64,000 nt of DNA, taken from the NCBI GenBank assembly GCA_963830305.1, contig CAWHLW010000004.1, forward strand, positions 154,303 through 218,302. Reading direction: 5' to 3'. The stretch is from Candidatus Dormiibacterota bacterium (GTDB taxonomy: Bacteria > Chloroflexota > Dormibacteria > Aeolococcales > Aeolococcaceae). Under the pieces are notes generated by a model. The model was not told where the DNA came from and made no database searches. It saw only the letters and a program-made list of their open reading frames with translations. Below are positions 9,855 to 20,514 of this stretch, one piece after another; the stretch's first letter is position 1; each line of letters begins with the position of its first letter. A program made the position numbers and the translations under genes.

Positions 9855-10289
9855 ATGGCGAGCGCATTCACGAGGATCGACCATGTCGGCATCGCCGTCG
9901 CAGACCTCGATCTCGCGGTCGCGGCATACAAGCGTCTCACCGGCTCACCCCCGGTGCACCGGCAGGTGGTGGCGAGCGATGGGATCGAGGCGGTGATGTT
10001 CGCGGTGGGCAAGTCACGCATCGAGCTGCTCGGCAGCACCGGGCCGGAGTCGAAGATCGCCGGGTTCCTGGCCCGGCGGGGCGGTGGCCTGCATCACGTC
10101 GCCTACGGCGTCGATGACGTTCAGGCCAGCCTCGACCGCTTCGCCGATCTCGGCCTGCAGCTGCTGGACACCTGCCCGCGTCAGGGCGCGGCCGGCCGGC
10201 TGGTGGCGTTCCTCCATCCGTCCGCCGCCGCCGGGGTGCTCACCGAGCTGTGCCAGTCAGAGCAGGAGAGTGCCGGGTCACACTCGTGA
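9855..10289 (+). CDS. methylmalonyl-CoA epimerase (VOC/glyoxalase fold)
   Basis: [17 protein letters not shown], 144 aa, immediately upstream of a methylmalonyl-CoA mutase gene. Confidence 0.85.
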   Translation: MASAFTRIDHVGIAVADLDLAVAAYKRLTGSPPVHRQVVASDGIEAVMFAVGKSRIELLGSTGPESKIAGFLARRGGGLHHVAYGVDDVQASLDRFADLGLQLLDTCPRQGAAGRLVAFLHPSAAAGVLTELCQSEQESAGSHS

Positions 10290-11875
10290 GCGACCACCCC
10301 GGCTCCGAGGTTGGCACCCCGAACGAGACCGAGTCCGGCCTGCCGCTGGAACCGTTCTACGTTGACCAGCCCGACGAGCCACCGCCACCGGGCGAGTACC
10401 CGTACACGAGGGGCATCCGCGCTGACGGCTACCGCTCGCGGCTCTGGACGATGCGTCAGTACGCGGGATTCGGCAGCGCCGAGCAGACCAACGAACGATT
10501 TCAGTACCTGCTGCGCGCGGGGCAGAGCGGGCTCTCGGTTGCGTTCGACCTGCCGACGCAGATGGGGTACGACAGCGATGACCCGGTGGCCCACGGCGAG
10601 GTTGGCAAGGTGGGCGTCGCCATCGACTCGCTCGACGACATGGAGCTGCTGATGCGTGGCATCCCTCAGGACCGCGTGACGACGTCAATGACCATCAACG
10701 CTCCCGCGTCGGTGCTGCTCCTGCTCTACGAGCTGGCGGCCGAGCGCAAGGGGATCGCCGCCACCTCCCTGGGGGGAACGATCCAGAACGACATCCTCAA
10801 GGAATACGCCGCGCGTGGCACGTACATCTATCCTCCGCGCCCGTCGATGCGCCTGGTCACCGATACGTTCGCGTACTGCGCGGAGCACCTCCCTCGCTGG
10901 AACACGATCAGCATCAGCGGGTACCACATTCGCGAAGCGGGGGCGACTGCCCCGCAGGAGATCGCGTTCACCCTGAGCAACGGCGTCGCCTATGTCCAGG
11001 CCGCGATTGACGCGGGGCTCGACGTCGAGGACTTCGCTCCGCGGCTCAGCTTTTTCTTCAACGTGAGCAACGACTTCTTCGAGGAGGTCGCCAAGTTTCG
11101 CGCCGCACGAGCGATCTGGGCCGATGTCATGCGCGGGCGCTTCGGCGCATCGGGAGAACGCAGCCTGCAGCTGCGATTCCACGCTCAGACGAGCGGGGCG
11201 ACGCTCACCGCTCAGCAGCCGCTGAACAATGTGGTGCGCGTCTCGCTGCAGGCGCTGGCCGCCGTGTGCGGCGGTGCGCAGTCACTGCACACCAACAGCT
11301 ACGACGAAGCGCTCGCGCTTCCCTCGGAGCAGGCTGCGGAGATCGCATTGCGCACGCAGCAGGTCATCGGCCACGAGACCGGCGTGGCCAACGTCACCGA
11401 TCCACTCGGCGGATCACACCTGGTCGAAACGCTGACGCACGAGCTCATCGAGGAGTCCCGCGCGCTGATGGCTCGCGTCGAGGAGCTCGGTGGCGCCGTC
11501 GCCGCGATCGAGGCCGGCTTCTACCAGCAGCAGATCCAGGAATCGGCGTATCGCCATCAGCGTCTCGTCGAGTCCGGCGAACGGGTCATCGTCGGCGTGA
11601 ATCGGTTCACCGAGACGTCGCAACCAACGGTCCCGATCCTGCAGATCGGCGCCGACCTGGAAGCCGAGCAGATCGAGCGGCTCGCGCGGGTGCGCGCCTC
11701 TCGATCGGCGGGCGACGTTGAGCGCGCGCTGGGTGCGTTGCGTGCGGGTGCGGAGGGAACGGCAAACCTGTTGCCCCTGATGCGCACAGCGCTGGACGCT
11801 CACGCAACCGTGGGTGAGGTGTGCGGTGTGCTCCGAGAGGTGTTCGGCGCCTACCGCCCCCCGGTCACGGTGTGA
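10286..11875 (+). CDS. methylmalonyl-CoA mutase large subunit, catalytic TIM-barrel domain only (no B12-binding domain)
   Basis: GTG 10286 overlaps the epimerase TGA. RQYAGF (Tyr) and [10 protein letters not shown] (Arg) match the MCM Tyr89/Arg207 substrate signature. About 530 aa with no C-terminal DxHxxG B12 domain. Confidence 0.85.
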   Translation: MSDHPGSEVGTPNETESGLPLEPFYVDQPDEPPPPGEYPYTRGIRADGYRSRLWTMRQYAGFGSAEQTNERFQYLLRAGQSGLSVAFDLPTQMGYDSDDPVAHGEVGKVGVAIDSLDDMELLMRGIPQDRVTTSMTINAPASVLLLLYELAAERKGIAATSLGGTIQNDILKEYAARGTYIYPPRPSMRLVTDTFAYCAEHLPRWNTISISGYHIREAGATAPQEIAFTLSNGVAYVQAAIDAGLDVEDFAPRLSFFFNVSNDFFEEVAKFRAARAIWADVMRGRFGASGERSLQLRFHAQTSGATLTAQQPLNNVVRVSLQALAAVCGGAQSLHTNSYDEALALPSEQAAEIALRTQQVIGHETGVANVTDPLGGSHLVETLTHELIEESRALMARVEELGGAVAAIEAGFYQQQIQESAYRHQRLVESGERVIVGVNRFTETSQPTVPILQIGADLEAEQIERLARVRASRSAGDVERALGALRAGAEGTANLLPLMRTALDAHATVGEVCGVLREVFGAYRPPVTV

Positions 11876-11912
11876 ACTCGAAGCCGCATGCGCTCCCTGG
11901 TAGCCTGACGCC

Positions 11913-13574
11913 GTGACCAGACAGGCGCGCAAGGGTGTTCCCCCTGTCGGTGCGAGCGATGCGGTCGCTCCTGCCGGCGTCCCGGTGCCGCTCGACGCGG
12001 AAGCAGCGTCGTCGAGCGGCGCTCGCGACGGCACCGGCAAAAAGATCAATCTCCTTCGCAAACGGCGCTACGACGCCGTGCACCGGGGTGGTGCGGCGGA
12101 GCGCTCACAGCACGCCAAGGGCAAGCTCACCGCGCGCGAGCGTATCGACAGGATCCTCGATCCCGGATCGTTCACCGAGCTCGACATGTTCGCCCTGCAC
12201 CGCACGACCAATTTCGACATGGAAGATCGGAGAATCCGCGGCGACGGGGTGATCACCGGCTGGGGAACCATAGGAAGCCGGCAGGTCTTCGTGTTCAGCC
12301 ATGACGCGTCGGTCTTCGGCGGCTCGCTCGGCGAGGTGTTCGCGGAAAAGGTCACCAAGATCATGGATCTCGCGCTGCGCACGGGCTGCCCGTGCATCGG
12401 GATCAACGATTCCGGCGGGGCGCGCATCCAGGAAGGCGTCGTCTCGCTGGCCGGATACGCCGAGATCTTTTATCGCAACGTCGCGTCGAGCGGTGTCATC
12501 CCGCAACTCTCGCTGATCGCCGGACCGTGCACGGGCGGTGCGGTCTACTCACCCGCGATGACCGACTTCATCTTCATGGTGCGCAAGGTCGGCTACATGT
12601 TCATCACCGGTCCGGATGTCATCAAGGTCACCACGGGCGAGGAGGTGACCTTCGAGGAGCTCGGTGGCTCGGACGTGCACAACCAGCGCAGTGGCGTCGC
12701 CCACTTCATCGCGGACACCGAGGACGAGGCGTTCGCGCAGATGCGCGAGCTGCTCTCGTATCTCCCACCGAACAACCGCGAGCAACCGCCATACCATCCG
12801 ACACTCGACGATCCGCACCGTGAGGATCCCGAGCTGCAGACGATCATTCCCGACAACCCGAATCAGCCGTACGACATGCGCAACGTGGTGACGCGCGTCG
12901 TCGACGACGGGCGATTTCTCGAGGTCATGCACTACCACGCCGAGAACATCATCTGTGGGTTCGCAAGGCTCGACGGACACCCTGTTGGCGTGGTCGGCAA
13001 CCAGCCACGCGTGCTCGCAGGCGCGCTCGACATCGCCGCTTCCAACAAGGCCGCGCGCTTCGTGCGCTTCTGCGACTCGTTCAACGTGCCGCTGGTAACG
13101 TTCGTGGACGTGCCGGGCTTCCTCCCCGGGACCGACCAGGAGTACGGCGGCATCATCCGTCACGGTGCCAAGCTGCTTTACGCATACTGCGAGGCCACGG
13201 TCCCCAAGCTCACCGTGATCACACGCAAGGCGTACGGCGGTGCGTACGACGTCATGTGCTCCAAGCACATCCGCGCCGACTACAACGTGGCGTGGCCGAC
13301 TGCGGAGATCGCGGTGATGGGGCCGCAAGGTGCGGTGAGCGTGATCTTCAAGCGCGAGATCGCTCAGGCGGCTGACCCGAAGCAGCGGTCAGACGAGCTG
13401 ATCGAGGAGTATCGCGAGCAGTTCGCCAACCCGTATTACGCGGCCGAGCGCGGCTACATTGACGACGTGATCGAGCCGCGGCAGACCCGAGGCGCGCTGA
13501 TCGCCGCGCTGCGCATGGCGCGCAACAAACAGGTGGAGACACCGAAACGAAAGCACGGCAACATCCCGCTCTGA
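11913..13574 (+). CDS. acyl-CoA carboxylase carboxyltransferase (beta) subunit, propionyl-CoA carboxylase PccB/AccD5-like
   Basis: [19 protein letters not shown], two CT subdomains, 553 aa. Confidence 0.9.
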   Translation: MTRQARKGVPPVGASDAVAPAGVPVPLDAEAASSSGARDGTGKKINLLRKRRYDAVHRGGAAERSQHAKGKLTARERIDRILDPGSFTELDMFALHRTTNFDMEDRRIRGDGVITGWGTIGSRQVFVFSHDASVFGGSLGEVFAEKVTKIMDLALRTGCPCIGINDSGGARIQEGVVSLAGYAEIFYRNVASSGVIPQLSLIAGPCTGGAVYSPAMTDFIFMVRKVGYMFITGPDVIKVTTGEEVTFEELGGSDVHNQRSGVAHFIADTEDEAFAQMRELLSYLPPNNREQPPYHPTLDDPHREDPELQTIIPDNPNQPYDMRNVVTRVVDDGRFLEVMHYHAENIICGFARLDGHPVGVVGNQPRVLAGALDIAASNKAARFVRFCDSFNVPLVTFVDVPGFLPGTDQEYGGIIRHGAKLLYAYCEATVPKLTVITRKAYGGAYDVMCSKHIRADYNVAWPTAEIAVMGPQGAVSVIFKREIAQAADPKQRSDELIEEYREQFANPYYAAERGYIDDVIEPRQTRGALIAALRMARNKQVETPKRKHGNIPL

Positions 13575-13577
13575 CAG

Positions 13578-14816
13578 TCAGCGTGGGTTGACGCGTCGCC
13601 CGCCGGTGCGCGGAGCGGAGTCCTTGAGGCCGGTGGACAGCGGCACGTACGCCTTGGCGTAGGCGCGGTCGGTGCGACCCTGGGCGTGGTGGATCGCCGG
13701 GACCGCGGCACGCACGAGCAACACCTGAAGCGCGGCGGCGACGGGCACGGCGAGGATCGCACCGATCAGTCCCTGGATGGCACCGCCGACGAGGAGCGCG
13801 AGCACGACTCCCAACGCCGGCAGGGACACGACGCGGTTCATGACCATTGGCACCACCGTGTTCGCGTCGACGAACTGGATCACCATCAGGACGATCAACA
13901 CCACGATCGGGTATGCGGGGCTCACGGTGAATCCGAGCAGCACCGCCGGTACCACGCCGATGATGCCCCCGACCATCGGGATCGCGGCGGTGAGACCGGC
14001 GAAGATGCCGAGGATGACGGGGTCGGGAAGGCGGAGCAGCCAGCACGCCACTCCGACCACGAGTCCGAGGGCAAGGCTGTTGATGGCCACTGCCCGGAGG
14101 AAGCCGCCCATCCGGAATCCCATCTCCCGAAAGATGTCGACCACCAGCTCCTGGTGTGCCTCGGGAAAAAGATCCACCGTGAACGACTTCAGCCGGTCGC
14201 TGCTCACCAGCCACAGGAAGCCGACGACCAGCACGAGCACGAAGTCGACGATGATGCTGAAGATCGTTCCGCCGATCGCGAACAGGATATTGCGTGTGGC
14301 ATCGATGACCGAGCTCACCTGCTTGGCGACGTCGACATTGAAGTGAAACTGCTGCTCCACCCCGGTGAACCACTTGAGAAAGTCCTTCTGGTACGTCGGG
14401 AAATTCCTGGCAAGCGACGATGCCTCGCTGACGATCGGCTGCACCAGCAGCAGCACCATGATCGCGATGAACAGGAGCACGGCGATGTAGACGGCCAGGA
14501 TGCCGACCGGTCTCGGCACGCGCCGCAACCGCAGGTCCTCCACCAGTGGTCGTATCCCCTCGGCAAACACGATCGCGACGAGCACGACCAGGACGATGCT
14601 GATGATCGTGGCCAGGAACGCAACCAGCGCCACGATGCCGAGCACGATGAGCGCCGCCGTCACGAGCGTCCGCACCGAGATCACGTTTACGCCGTCGCGA
14701 CGTGATGTCTTCTGCGGCTCGGTGGCAACGCGGTCGGAAGCGTCCCCGGCTCGAGGTTTTGCCGGCTCCGGCGCCGGATCTTGGTCTGGTGGAGTCCCGA
14801 CGACGCGCTCTGCCAA
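13578..14816 (-). CDS. AI-2E family transporter (UPF0118/PerM-like)
   Basis: Eight TM segments. Conserved C-terminal block GLIGAILAVPVAAALQVLL. Confidence 0.8.
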   Translation of the reverse strand: MAERVVGTPPDQDPAPEPAKPRAGDASDRVATEPQKTSRRDGVNVISVRTLVTAALIVLGIVALVAFLATIISIVLVVLVAIVFAEGIRPLVEDLRLRRVPRPVGILAVYIAVLLFIAIMVLLLVQPIVSEASSLARNFPTYQKDFLKWFTGVEQQFHFNVDVAKQVSSVIDATRNILFAIGGTIFSIIVDFVLVLVVGFLWLVSSDRLKSFTVDLFPEAHQELVVDIFREMGFRMGGFLRAVAINSLALGLVVGVACWLLRLPDPVILGIFAGLTAAIPMVGGIIGVVPAVLLGFTVSPAYPIVVLIVLMVIQFVDANTVVPMVMNRVVSLPALGVVLALLVGGAIQGLIGAILAVPVAAALQVLLVRAAVPAIHHAQGRTDRAYAKAYVPLSTGLKDSAPRTGGRRVNPR

Positions 14817-14860
14817 CGCGGTCAGCCTAGCAGCCTCCGGCTGCTGTTGAGAGACGAGGT

Positions 14861-15826
14861 TTGCGTACTCTGTCGGGCGTGAGCGGCATCGAGACTCGAC
14901 CGATCGGCGGCGGCGCTCTCCAGGTCACGGTGGTCGGACTCGGGTGCAACAACTTCGGCCGGCGGGTTGACGCCGAGGGCACGGCCCGCATCGTGCATGC
15001 AGCCCTCGAAGAAGGGATCACCTTCTTCGACACCGCCGACATCTATGGCGGCGGGCAGAGCGAGGAGATGCTCGGCGCGGCGCTCAAGGGGCGGCGTGAG
15101 GACGTGGTCATCGCATCCAAGTTCGGGCACGTCTCCGGCGGCCCGGACCGCGGCGGCTCCCGTGCGTGGATCCGTGTCGCCATCGAGAACAGCCTTCGCC
15201 GGCTCGACACCGACTGGATCGACCTCTACCAACTCCACACCCCGGATCCGCTCACCCCGATCGAGGAGACGCTGGAGACGCTCACCGAATTGGTGAGCGA
15301 GGGCAAGATCCGGTGCGCCGGTTCGTCGAACCTCGCCGGCTGGCAGATCGCCGACGCGGACTGGATGGCGCGAACCCGCGGCCTCACCCGGTTCGTGACC
15401 GCACAGAACGAGTACAGCCTCCTGAATCGCGCGATCGAGAACGGGGTGGTCCCGGCCTGCGCCCACTTCGACGTGGCGCTGATCCCGTACAGCCCGCTTG
15501 CCAACGGTTTGCTGACGGGCAAGCATCGGCGCGGTCAGCCGCCCGTCCCGGGCACGCGTCTCGCCACTGCCCCCGGCGCCAACCCGAGCCGGTGGCTGAC
15601 GGACGCCAACTTCGACGTCGTCGAGGCGCTCGAGGCCTTTGCTCACGAGCGTGGCATCTCGATCCTCGATGTCGCCATCGGAGGTCTCGCCGCGCAGCCG
15701 CAGGTGGTCTCGGTCATCGCCGGGGCGACATCGCCGGAGCAGGTGCGAGCCAACGCGCGAGCGGGCCGCTGGCGGCCGAGCGCCGCCGACTTGGAGGAGA
15801 TCGATCGCATCGCTCCTCTTCGATGA
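14861..15826 (+). CDS. aldo/keto reductase
   Basis: GLGCNNFG, FFDTADIYGGGQSEEMLG, IDLYQLH. Start could instead be GTG 14876. Confidence 0.85.
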   Translation: MRTLSGVSGIETRPIGGGALQVTVVGLGCNNFGRRVDAEGTARIVHAALEEGITFFDTADIYGGGQSEEMLGAALKGRREDVVIASKFGHVSGGPDRGGSRAWIRVAIENSLRRLDTDWIDLYQLHTPDPLTPIEETLETLTELVSEGKIRCAGSSNLAGWQIADADWMARTRGLTRFVTAQNEYSLLNRAIENGVVPACAHFDVALIPYSPLANGLLTGKHRRGQPPVPGTRLATAPGANPSRWLTDANFDVVEALEAFAHERGISILDVAIGGLAAQPQVVSVIAGATSPEQVRANARAGRWRPSAADLEEIDRIAPLR

Positions 15827-15857
15827 GCGATACCGCTTTCTCTAGACTGGCCCGCCG

Positions 15858-17045
15858 ATGAAGCTGCTCGAGTACCAGGCGAAACAGCGCTTCGCCGCCG
15901 CAGGCATCCCAGTTCCGCCGGGCCGGCTGGCGCGGACCCCCGAGGAGGCCGCTGCCGCGGCTCGTGAGCTCGGACGCATCGCGGTGAAGGCTCAGGTGCC
16001 CATCGGTGGCCGCGGCAAAGCAGGCGGCATCGCGGTCGTCGACACCCCCGAGGAGGCGCAACGGGAAGCCGCGCGCATCCTCGCGATGGACATTCGCGGC
16101 TACCCGGTGCGCAGCGTCTGGTGTGAGACCGGCTTGAGCATTGATGCCGAGCTCTACCTCGGCATCACGCTCGATCGTGACCGAAGGAGGCTCGTGATCA
16201 TCTTCTCCGCCGCGGGCGGTATGGAGATCGAGCAGGTCGCGGTGGAGGCCCCCGAACGGATTGCCAAGCTCTGGCCGGATCCCTTTGCCGGTCCGCAACC
16301 CTTCGAGATCCGCCAGCTGGCGTTTGCCGGACTGAAACACGCCCCCGAGCTTCACGACAGGGTGCCAAAGCTCGTCACCAAACTTGTCGGACTGACAACT
16401 CGTCTCTACGGCGTCGCCACCTCACTCGACGCGCTGACCTGCGAGATCAATCCCCTGGTGCTCACGCCCGACGGGAATCTCGTTGCCGCCGACGGCAAGC
16501 TCGAGATCGACGAGAACGCCGACTCGCGCCACAAGGACATCGCCGAGGAACTCGCGCGCGACGAGACGGGTGATGACGGCCGCAGCGGCGAGGACCCGTT
16601 CGAGGTGGAGGCCCGCAAACGGGGCCTGACGTACGTGCACCTCGACGGCGACATCGGCTGCATCGGCAACGGCGCGGGCCTGACCATGAACACGCTCGAC
16701 CTCGTCAAGCAGCACGGCGGCGAACCCGCCGACTTCCTCGACATCGGCGGCGGCGCCAACGCAGAGCGCGTGCGCAACGCGCTCGAGATGGTGCTCCTCG
16801 ACCCGAAGGTGCGCGGCGTCTTCATCAACATCTTCGGAGGCATCACCCGAGGGGATGAGGTCGCACGCGGCATCATCGCCGCCCGCGACGAGTTGCACAT
16901 AACCAAGCCCCTCGTGGTGCGGATGACCGGCACGATGGAGGAGGAAGGACGAAGGCTGCTCGAGGCGGCGGGCATTGTCCCGGCGACGACTGCGACCGGC
17001 GCTGCCGAGACAATCGTCCAACTCACAAGGGAGGGGGGCGCATGA
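15858..17045 (+). CDS. sucC: succinyl-CoA synthetase beta subunit
   Basis: [13 protein letters not shown]-grasp fold, [15 protein letters not shown]. Confidence 0.95.
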   Translation: MKLLEYQAKQRFAAAGIPVPPGRLARTPEEAAAAARELGRIAVKAQVPIGGRGKAGGIAVVDTPEEAQREAARILAMDIRGYPVRSVWCETGLSIDAELYLGITLDRDRRRLVIIFSAAGGMEIEQVAVEAPERIAKLWPDPFAGPQPFEIRQLAFAGLKHAPELHDRVPKLVTKLVGLTTRLYGVATSLDALTCEINPLVLTPDGNLVAADGKLEIDENADSRHKDIAEELARDETGDDGRSGEDPFEVEARKRGLTYVHLDGDIGCIGNGAGLTMNTLDLVKQHGGEPADFLDIGGGANAERVRNALEMVLLDPKVRGVFINIFGGITRGDEVARGIIAARDELHITKPLVVRMTGTMEEEGRRLLEAAGIVPATTATGAAETIVQLTREGGA

Positions 17046-17245
17046 ACGGCGAACTGCGCCGCACGCTCGGTGGGGAGGGCATGAACTGCGGGGGGCACGG
17101 GGTCGGAACGCCTTTGGCGTCCCGCCCCTCGCTCTCGCCGGGGGGGGTAGCCCCGGCTGCGAGACGGCCCCCCTCCGTTCATGCCCTCCCCACCGTAGTG
17201 ATGCTACAGACCATGTCTGCCCTCCCCTCCAGGCTCGCGTCGTGA
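17042..17245 (+). other. 67-codon mini-ORF spanning the sucC-sucD insert, translationally coupled at both ends (ATGA with sucC stop, GTGA with sucD start)
   Basis: ATG 17042 overlaps the sucC TGA 17043-45. Its TGA 17243-45 overlaps the sucD GTG 17242-44. Product is Gly/Pro/Ala-rich low complexity. Confidence 0.4.
17069..17194. mobile_element. MIRU/MITE-like structured insert: 126 bp bounded by 18-bp perfect terminal inverted repeats
   Basis: GGTGGGGAGGGCATGAAC (17069-86) versus GTTCATGCCCTCCCCACC (17177-94), extendable to ~27 bp with 2 mismatches. Internal palindromes GGAACGCCtttGGCGTCCC and GCCGGGGggggtagCCCCGGC. Confidence 0.5.
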
Positions 17246-18126
17246 GCGTGCTTGTTGACCGGTCTTCGCGTGTGCTCATACAGGGCATTACCGGGCGCGA
17301 GGGGAGTTTCCACACTGCCCAGATGCGTGCTTTCGGCACCAACATCGTTGCTGGTGTTTCACCTGGGAAGGGCGGCAGCGATCAGGACGGGGTGCCGATC
17401 TTCGATACCGTCGCCGATGCTGTTGCGGCTACGGGTGCCGATGTTTCGGGGATCTTTGTGCCCCCTGCGTTTGCGGCTGACGCCATCATGGAGTTGGCGG
17501 CTGCTGGGATCGAGTTGACGGTGTGCATTACCGAGCTCATTCCCGTGCAGGACATGATTCGGGCGCGGGAATTCGTGATCCGGTCGGGACATCAGCTGCT
17601 GGGTGCCAACTGCCCGGGGATCGTGACTCCCGATCAGTGCAAGGTCGGCATCATTCCGAACCACATCAACACGCCCGGGCCGGTGGGCATTGTTGGCCGG
17701 AGCGGCACGCTCACATATGAGGTGATCCAGGGGCTTGGGCAGGCAGGGATGGGGCAGACGACGTCGGTCGGGATCGGTGGAGACCCGGTGATGGGCCTGA
17801 GCTTTCCCGATGTCCTGCAGCGCTTCGCCGATGATCCGGAGACCCGTGCGGTCGTGCTGATCGGCGAGATCGGTGGGTCCGACGAGGAGAACGCCGCGGC
17901 GTGGATTCGCGAAACCGGTTTCGACAAGCCGGTGGTGGCGTTCATCTCTGGGCGCACCGCTCCGCCGGGCAAGCGCATGGGTCATGCGGGCGCGATCATC
18001 AGCGGGAACACGGGGAGCGCGCAGAGCAAGCTCGACGCGCTCACGGCCGCCGGCGCGGACATCGCCGACACGATTGAGGACGTCGTCCGGCTGACGGCAG
18101 TGAGGCTCGGCGCGCAGGCTCGCTGA
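17242..18126 (+). CDS. sucD: succinyl-CoA synthetase alpha subunit
   Basis: [14 protein letters not shown], CoA-binding and phosphohistidine loop GHAGAI. GTG start 17242; the longer ORF in the track is an upstream read-through artefact. Confidence 0.95.
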   Translation: MSVLVDRSSRVLIQGITGREGSFHTAQMRAFGTNIVAGVSPGKGGSDQDGVPIFDTVADAVAATGADVSGIFVPPAFAADAIMELAAAGIELTVCITELIPVQDMIRAREFVIRSGHQLLGANCPGIVTPDQCKVGIIPNHINTPGPVGIVGRSGTLTYEVIQGLGQAGMGQTTSVGIGGDPVMGLSFPDVLQRFADDPETRAVVLIGEIGGSDEENAAAWIRETGFDKPVVAFISGRTAPPGKRMGHAGAIISGNTGSAQSKLDALTAAGADIADTIEDVVRLTAVRLGAQAR

Positions 18127-18170
18127 GAGCGTGCCTCGAGGCCATCCCGCCGCGCTACCGTTAGGTTGGA

Positions 18171-19349
18171 GTGAACTTCGACCTGAGTGACGAGCAGCGT
18201 CACATTCGCGACGTGGTTCGGGACTTCGCACAGGCGGAGATCGCGCCGGCGGCCGCCCACTATGACGAGACCGGCGAGTTTCCCTATGCGCTCGTCGCGG
18301 GAATGGCGAGGCTCGGTCTGTTCGCACTGCCCTTCCCTGAGGACATCGGTGGTGCCGGGGGCGATTTCATCTCCTACTGCCTCGCCATGGAAGAGATCGC
18401 TCGCGCTGATGCCAGTTGCGCGATCACCCTCGAGGCTGGGGTCTCACTCGGGATCTCGCCGCTCGTGAAGTTCGGCTCGCGAGAGCAGCAGCAGCGCTGG
18501 CTCGAGCCCCTCATGGCCGGCGAGCGGCTGTGGGCGTTCGGGCTCACCGAACCGGACGCGGGATCTGATGCCGCGGCCACGCAGACGCGCGCGGTGCGCG
18601 ACGGCGACGAGTGGGTCATCAACGGGCGCAAGGCGTTCATCACCAATGCGGGGACCGACATCAGCGCGGGGGTGACCATCACCGCCATCACCGGGTCGCA
18701 CAACGGTCACAAGCAGATCAGCACGATCGCCGTCGAGCATGGAACCCCTGGGTACACGCAGGCTCCCAAATATCGCAAGCTCGGGTGGCACGCATCGGAC
18801 ACCCGAGAATTGATCTTCGAGGACTGCCGCGTGCCGATTGGCAACCTCGTCGGGACACCGGGACAGGGATTGACCCAGTTCCTGCAGATACTCGAGGGTG
18901 GCCGCGTGGCCATCGCCGCACTGTCGGTCGGCGTCGCGCAGGCGTGTCTCGACGCATCGCTCGCCTACTCGTCGGCTCGACGCCAGTTCGGGGTTCCGAT
19001 CGCGACGTTTCAGGCCACCCAGTTCAAGCTGGCAGACATGGGAACCCAGATCGAGCTGGCCCGGCTGATGACCTGGCGAGCCGCCGCTGCGATTGATGCC
19101 GGGAAAAGTGCGGCACCCTATGCATCGATGGCAAAGCTGCACGCGTCCGAGGTGGCGACCGCATGCGCGAATCAGGCGGTCCAGATCCATGGCGGCATGG
19201 GCTTCATGGAGGAGTCGCCGGTGGCGCGCCTGTATCGCGACGTCAAGATCAACGAGATCGGGGAGGGGACCAGTGAGGTGCAGCGCATCCTGATCGCGCG
19301 CCATCTGCTCCGGCCATTCGAGGTGCTCGAGGGTGACCGTGCCAACTGA
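18171..19349 (+). CDS. acyl-CoA dehydrogenase
   Basis: ACAD signatures GTSEVQRILIARHLL, N-terminal FDLSDEQ. Confidence 0.9.
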   Translation: MNFDLSDEQRHIRDVVRDFAQAEIAPAAAHYDETGEFPYALVAGMARLGLFALPFPEDIGGAGGDFISYCLAMEEIARADASCAITLEAGVSLGISPLVKFGSREQQQRWLEPLMAGERLWAFGLTEPDAGSDAAATQTRAVRDGDEWVINGRKAFITNAGTDISAGVTITAITGSHNGHKQISTIAVEHGTPGYTQAPKYRKLGWHASDTRELIFEDCRVPIGNLVGTPGQGLTQFLQILEGGRVAIAALSVGVAQACLDASLAYSSARRQFGVPIATFQATQFKLADMGTQIELARLMTWRAAAAIDAGKSAAPYASMAKLHASEVATACANQAVQIHGGMGFMEESPVARLYRDVKINEIGEGTSEVQRILIARHLLRPFEVLEGDRAN

Positions 19350-20514
19350 TGCCGTCATCGTTGCGGCTGCGCGGACACCCTTCGGCAAGCTCGGTGGCGG
19401 GCTCGCGTCGGTGCCGGCCGTCGATCTCGGGGCGCGGGTGATTCGCGAGGTCCTGGAGCGGACGGGCACTGACCCGGCCACGGTCGATCAGCTGATCATG
19501 GGCATGGTGCTCGCCGCCGGCCAGGGTCAGGTGCCGTCGCGTCAGGCGGGGTTGCGCGCGGGTCTCCCGGCGAGCGTCTCGTCGTTCACCGTCAACAAGG
19601 TCTGCGCAAGCGCGCTGAAAGCGGTCAACCTCGGGGCGCTGCTCATCCGTTCCGGCGAGGCTGACGTGGTCGTCGCGGGTGGGATGGAGTCGATGTCCCG
19701 CTCCCCATACCTGCTCGAGGATCAACGCTTTGGCAGTCGCTTCGGCGATCGCGTCGCAGTCGACAGCATGATGCGCGACGGGCTCTGCTGCCCCGTCGAC
19801 GGGGTGCTCATGGGTGTGCACGGCAGCGATGTCGCATCCGAGCTCGGGGTCACCCGCGAGCAGCAGGATGCGTGGGCCTTCGGCTCGCAGATGCGCTACC
19901 AGGAGGCGCTCGCCGCCGGGCGGCTCGTGGACGAGATCGTGCCGGTGGGTGTCAACGGTTCGGTGGTGGAGCGCGACGAGCAGCCGCGCGCGGATACGAC
20001 TCTCGCGAAGCTTGCCGCGCTCCGCGGTGCGTTCGGTGATGGGACCACGGTCACTGCGGGCAACGCGCCGGGGATGAATGACGGCGCCACCGCGGTGCTG
20101 CTGATGAGCGCGGAACGCGCCCGTGCAGAGCGGCTGACTCCGCTCGGCACGTGGCTCACGTATGGTGAATCCGCTGCTGAGCATCCCTACCTCGCGACGG
20201 TGCCCGCGCTTGCGATCGACGCCGCGATGGCTCGAACGCACGGCGAGGTGGACGCCGGCAAGCTCGACCTGGTGGAGATCAATGAGGCCTTTGCCGCGGT
20301 GGCGATCACGAGCACGCGCATGCTCGAGGTGGATCCAGACCGCGTCAACGTCAACGGCGGTGCCATCGCGATCGGCCATCCGATCGGCGCCAGCGGAGCG
20401 CGGATTCTCATGACGCTGCTCTACGAGTTGCGCCGCCGTGGCGGCGGGTACGGGGCCGCGGGAATCTGCAGCGGCATCGCGCAGGGCGAGGCGACGCTCG
20501 TCCGTGTCGACTGA
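19333..20514 (+). CDS. acetyl-CoA C-acyltransferase (thiolase II)
   Basis: [27 protein letters not shown]-terminal [12 protein letters not shown]. Confidence 0.9.
   Translation: MTVPTDAVIVAAARTPFGKLGGGLASVPAVDLGARVIREVLERTGTDPATVDQLIMGMVLAAGQGQVPSRQAGLRAGLPASVSSFTVNKVCASALKAVNLGALLIRSGEADVVVAGGMESMSRSPYLLEDQRFGSRFGDRVAVDSMMRDGLCCPVDGVLMGVHGSDVASELGVTREQQDAWAFGSQMRYQEALAAGRLVDEIVPVGVNGSVVERDEQPRADTTLAKLAALRGAFGDGTTVTAGNAPGMNDGATAVLLMSAERARAERLTPLGTWLTYGESAAEHPYLATVPALAIDAAMARTHGEVDAGKLDLVEINEAFAAVAITSTRMLEVDPDRVNVNGGAIAIGHPIGASGARILMTLLYELRRRGGGYGAAGICSGIAQGEATLVRVD

Noticed and set aside
13686-14705. 339-aa plus-strand His/Asp/Arg-rich ORF
   Set aside because: Antisense to the AI-2E transporter. 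The composition (HDRDE runs) is the complement of hydrophobic TM codons.
16975-17241. Upstream extension of sucD in the ORF track ([13 protein letters not shown]...)
   Set aside because: Arg-rich read-through across the inverted-repeat insert. Conserved SucD begins at GTG 17242 ([11 protein letters not shown]).
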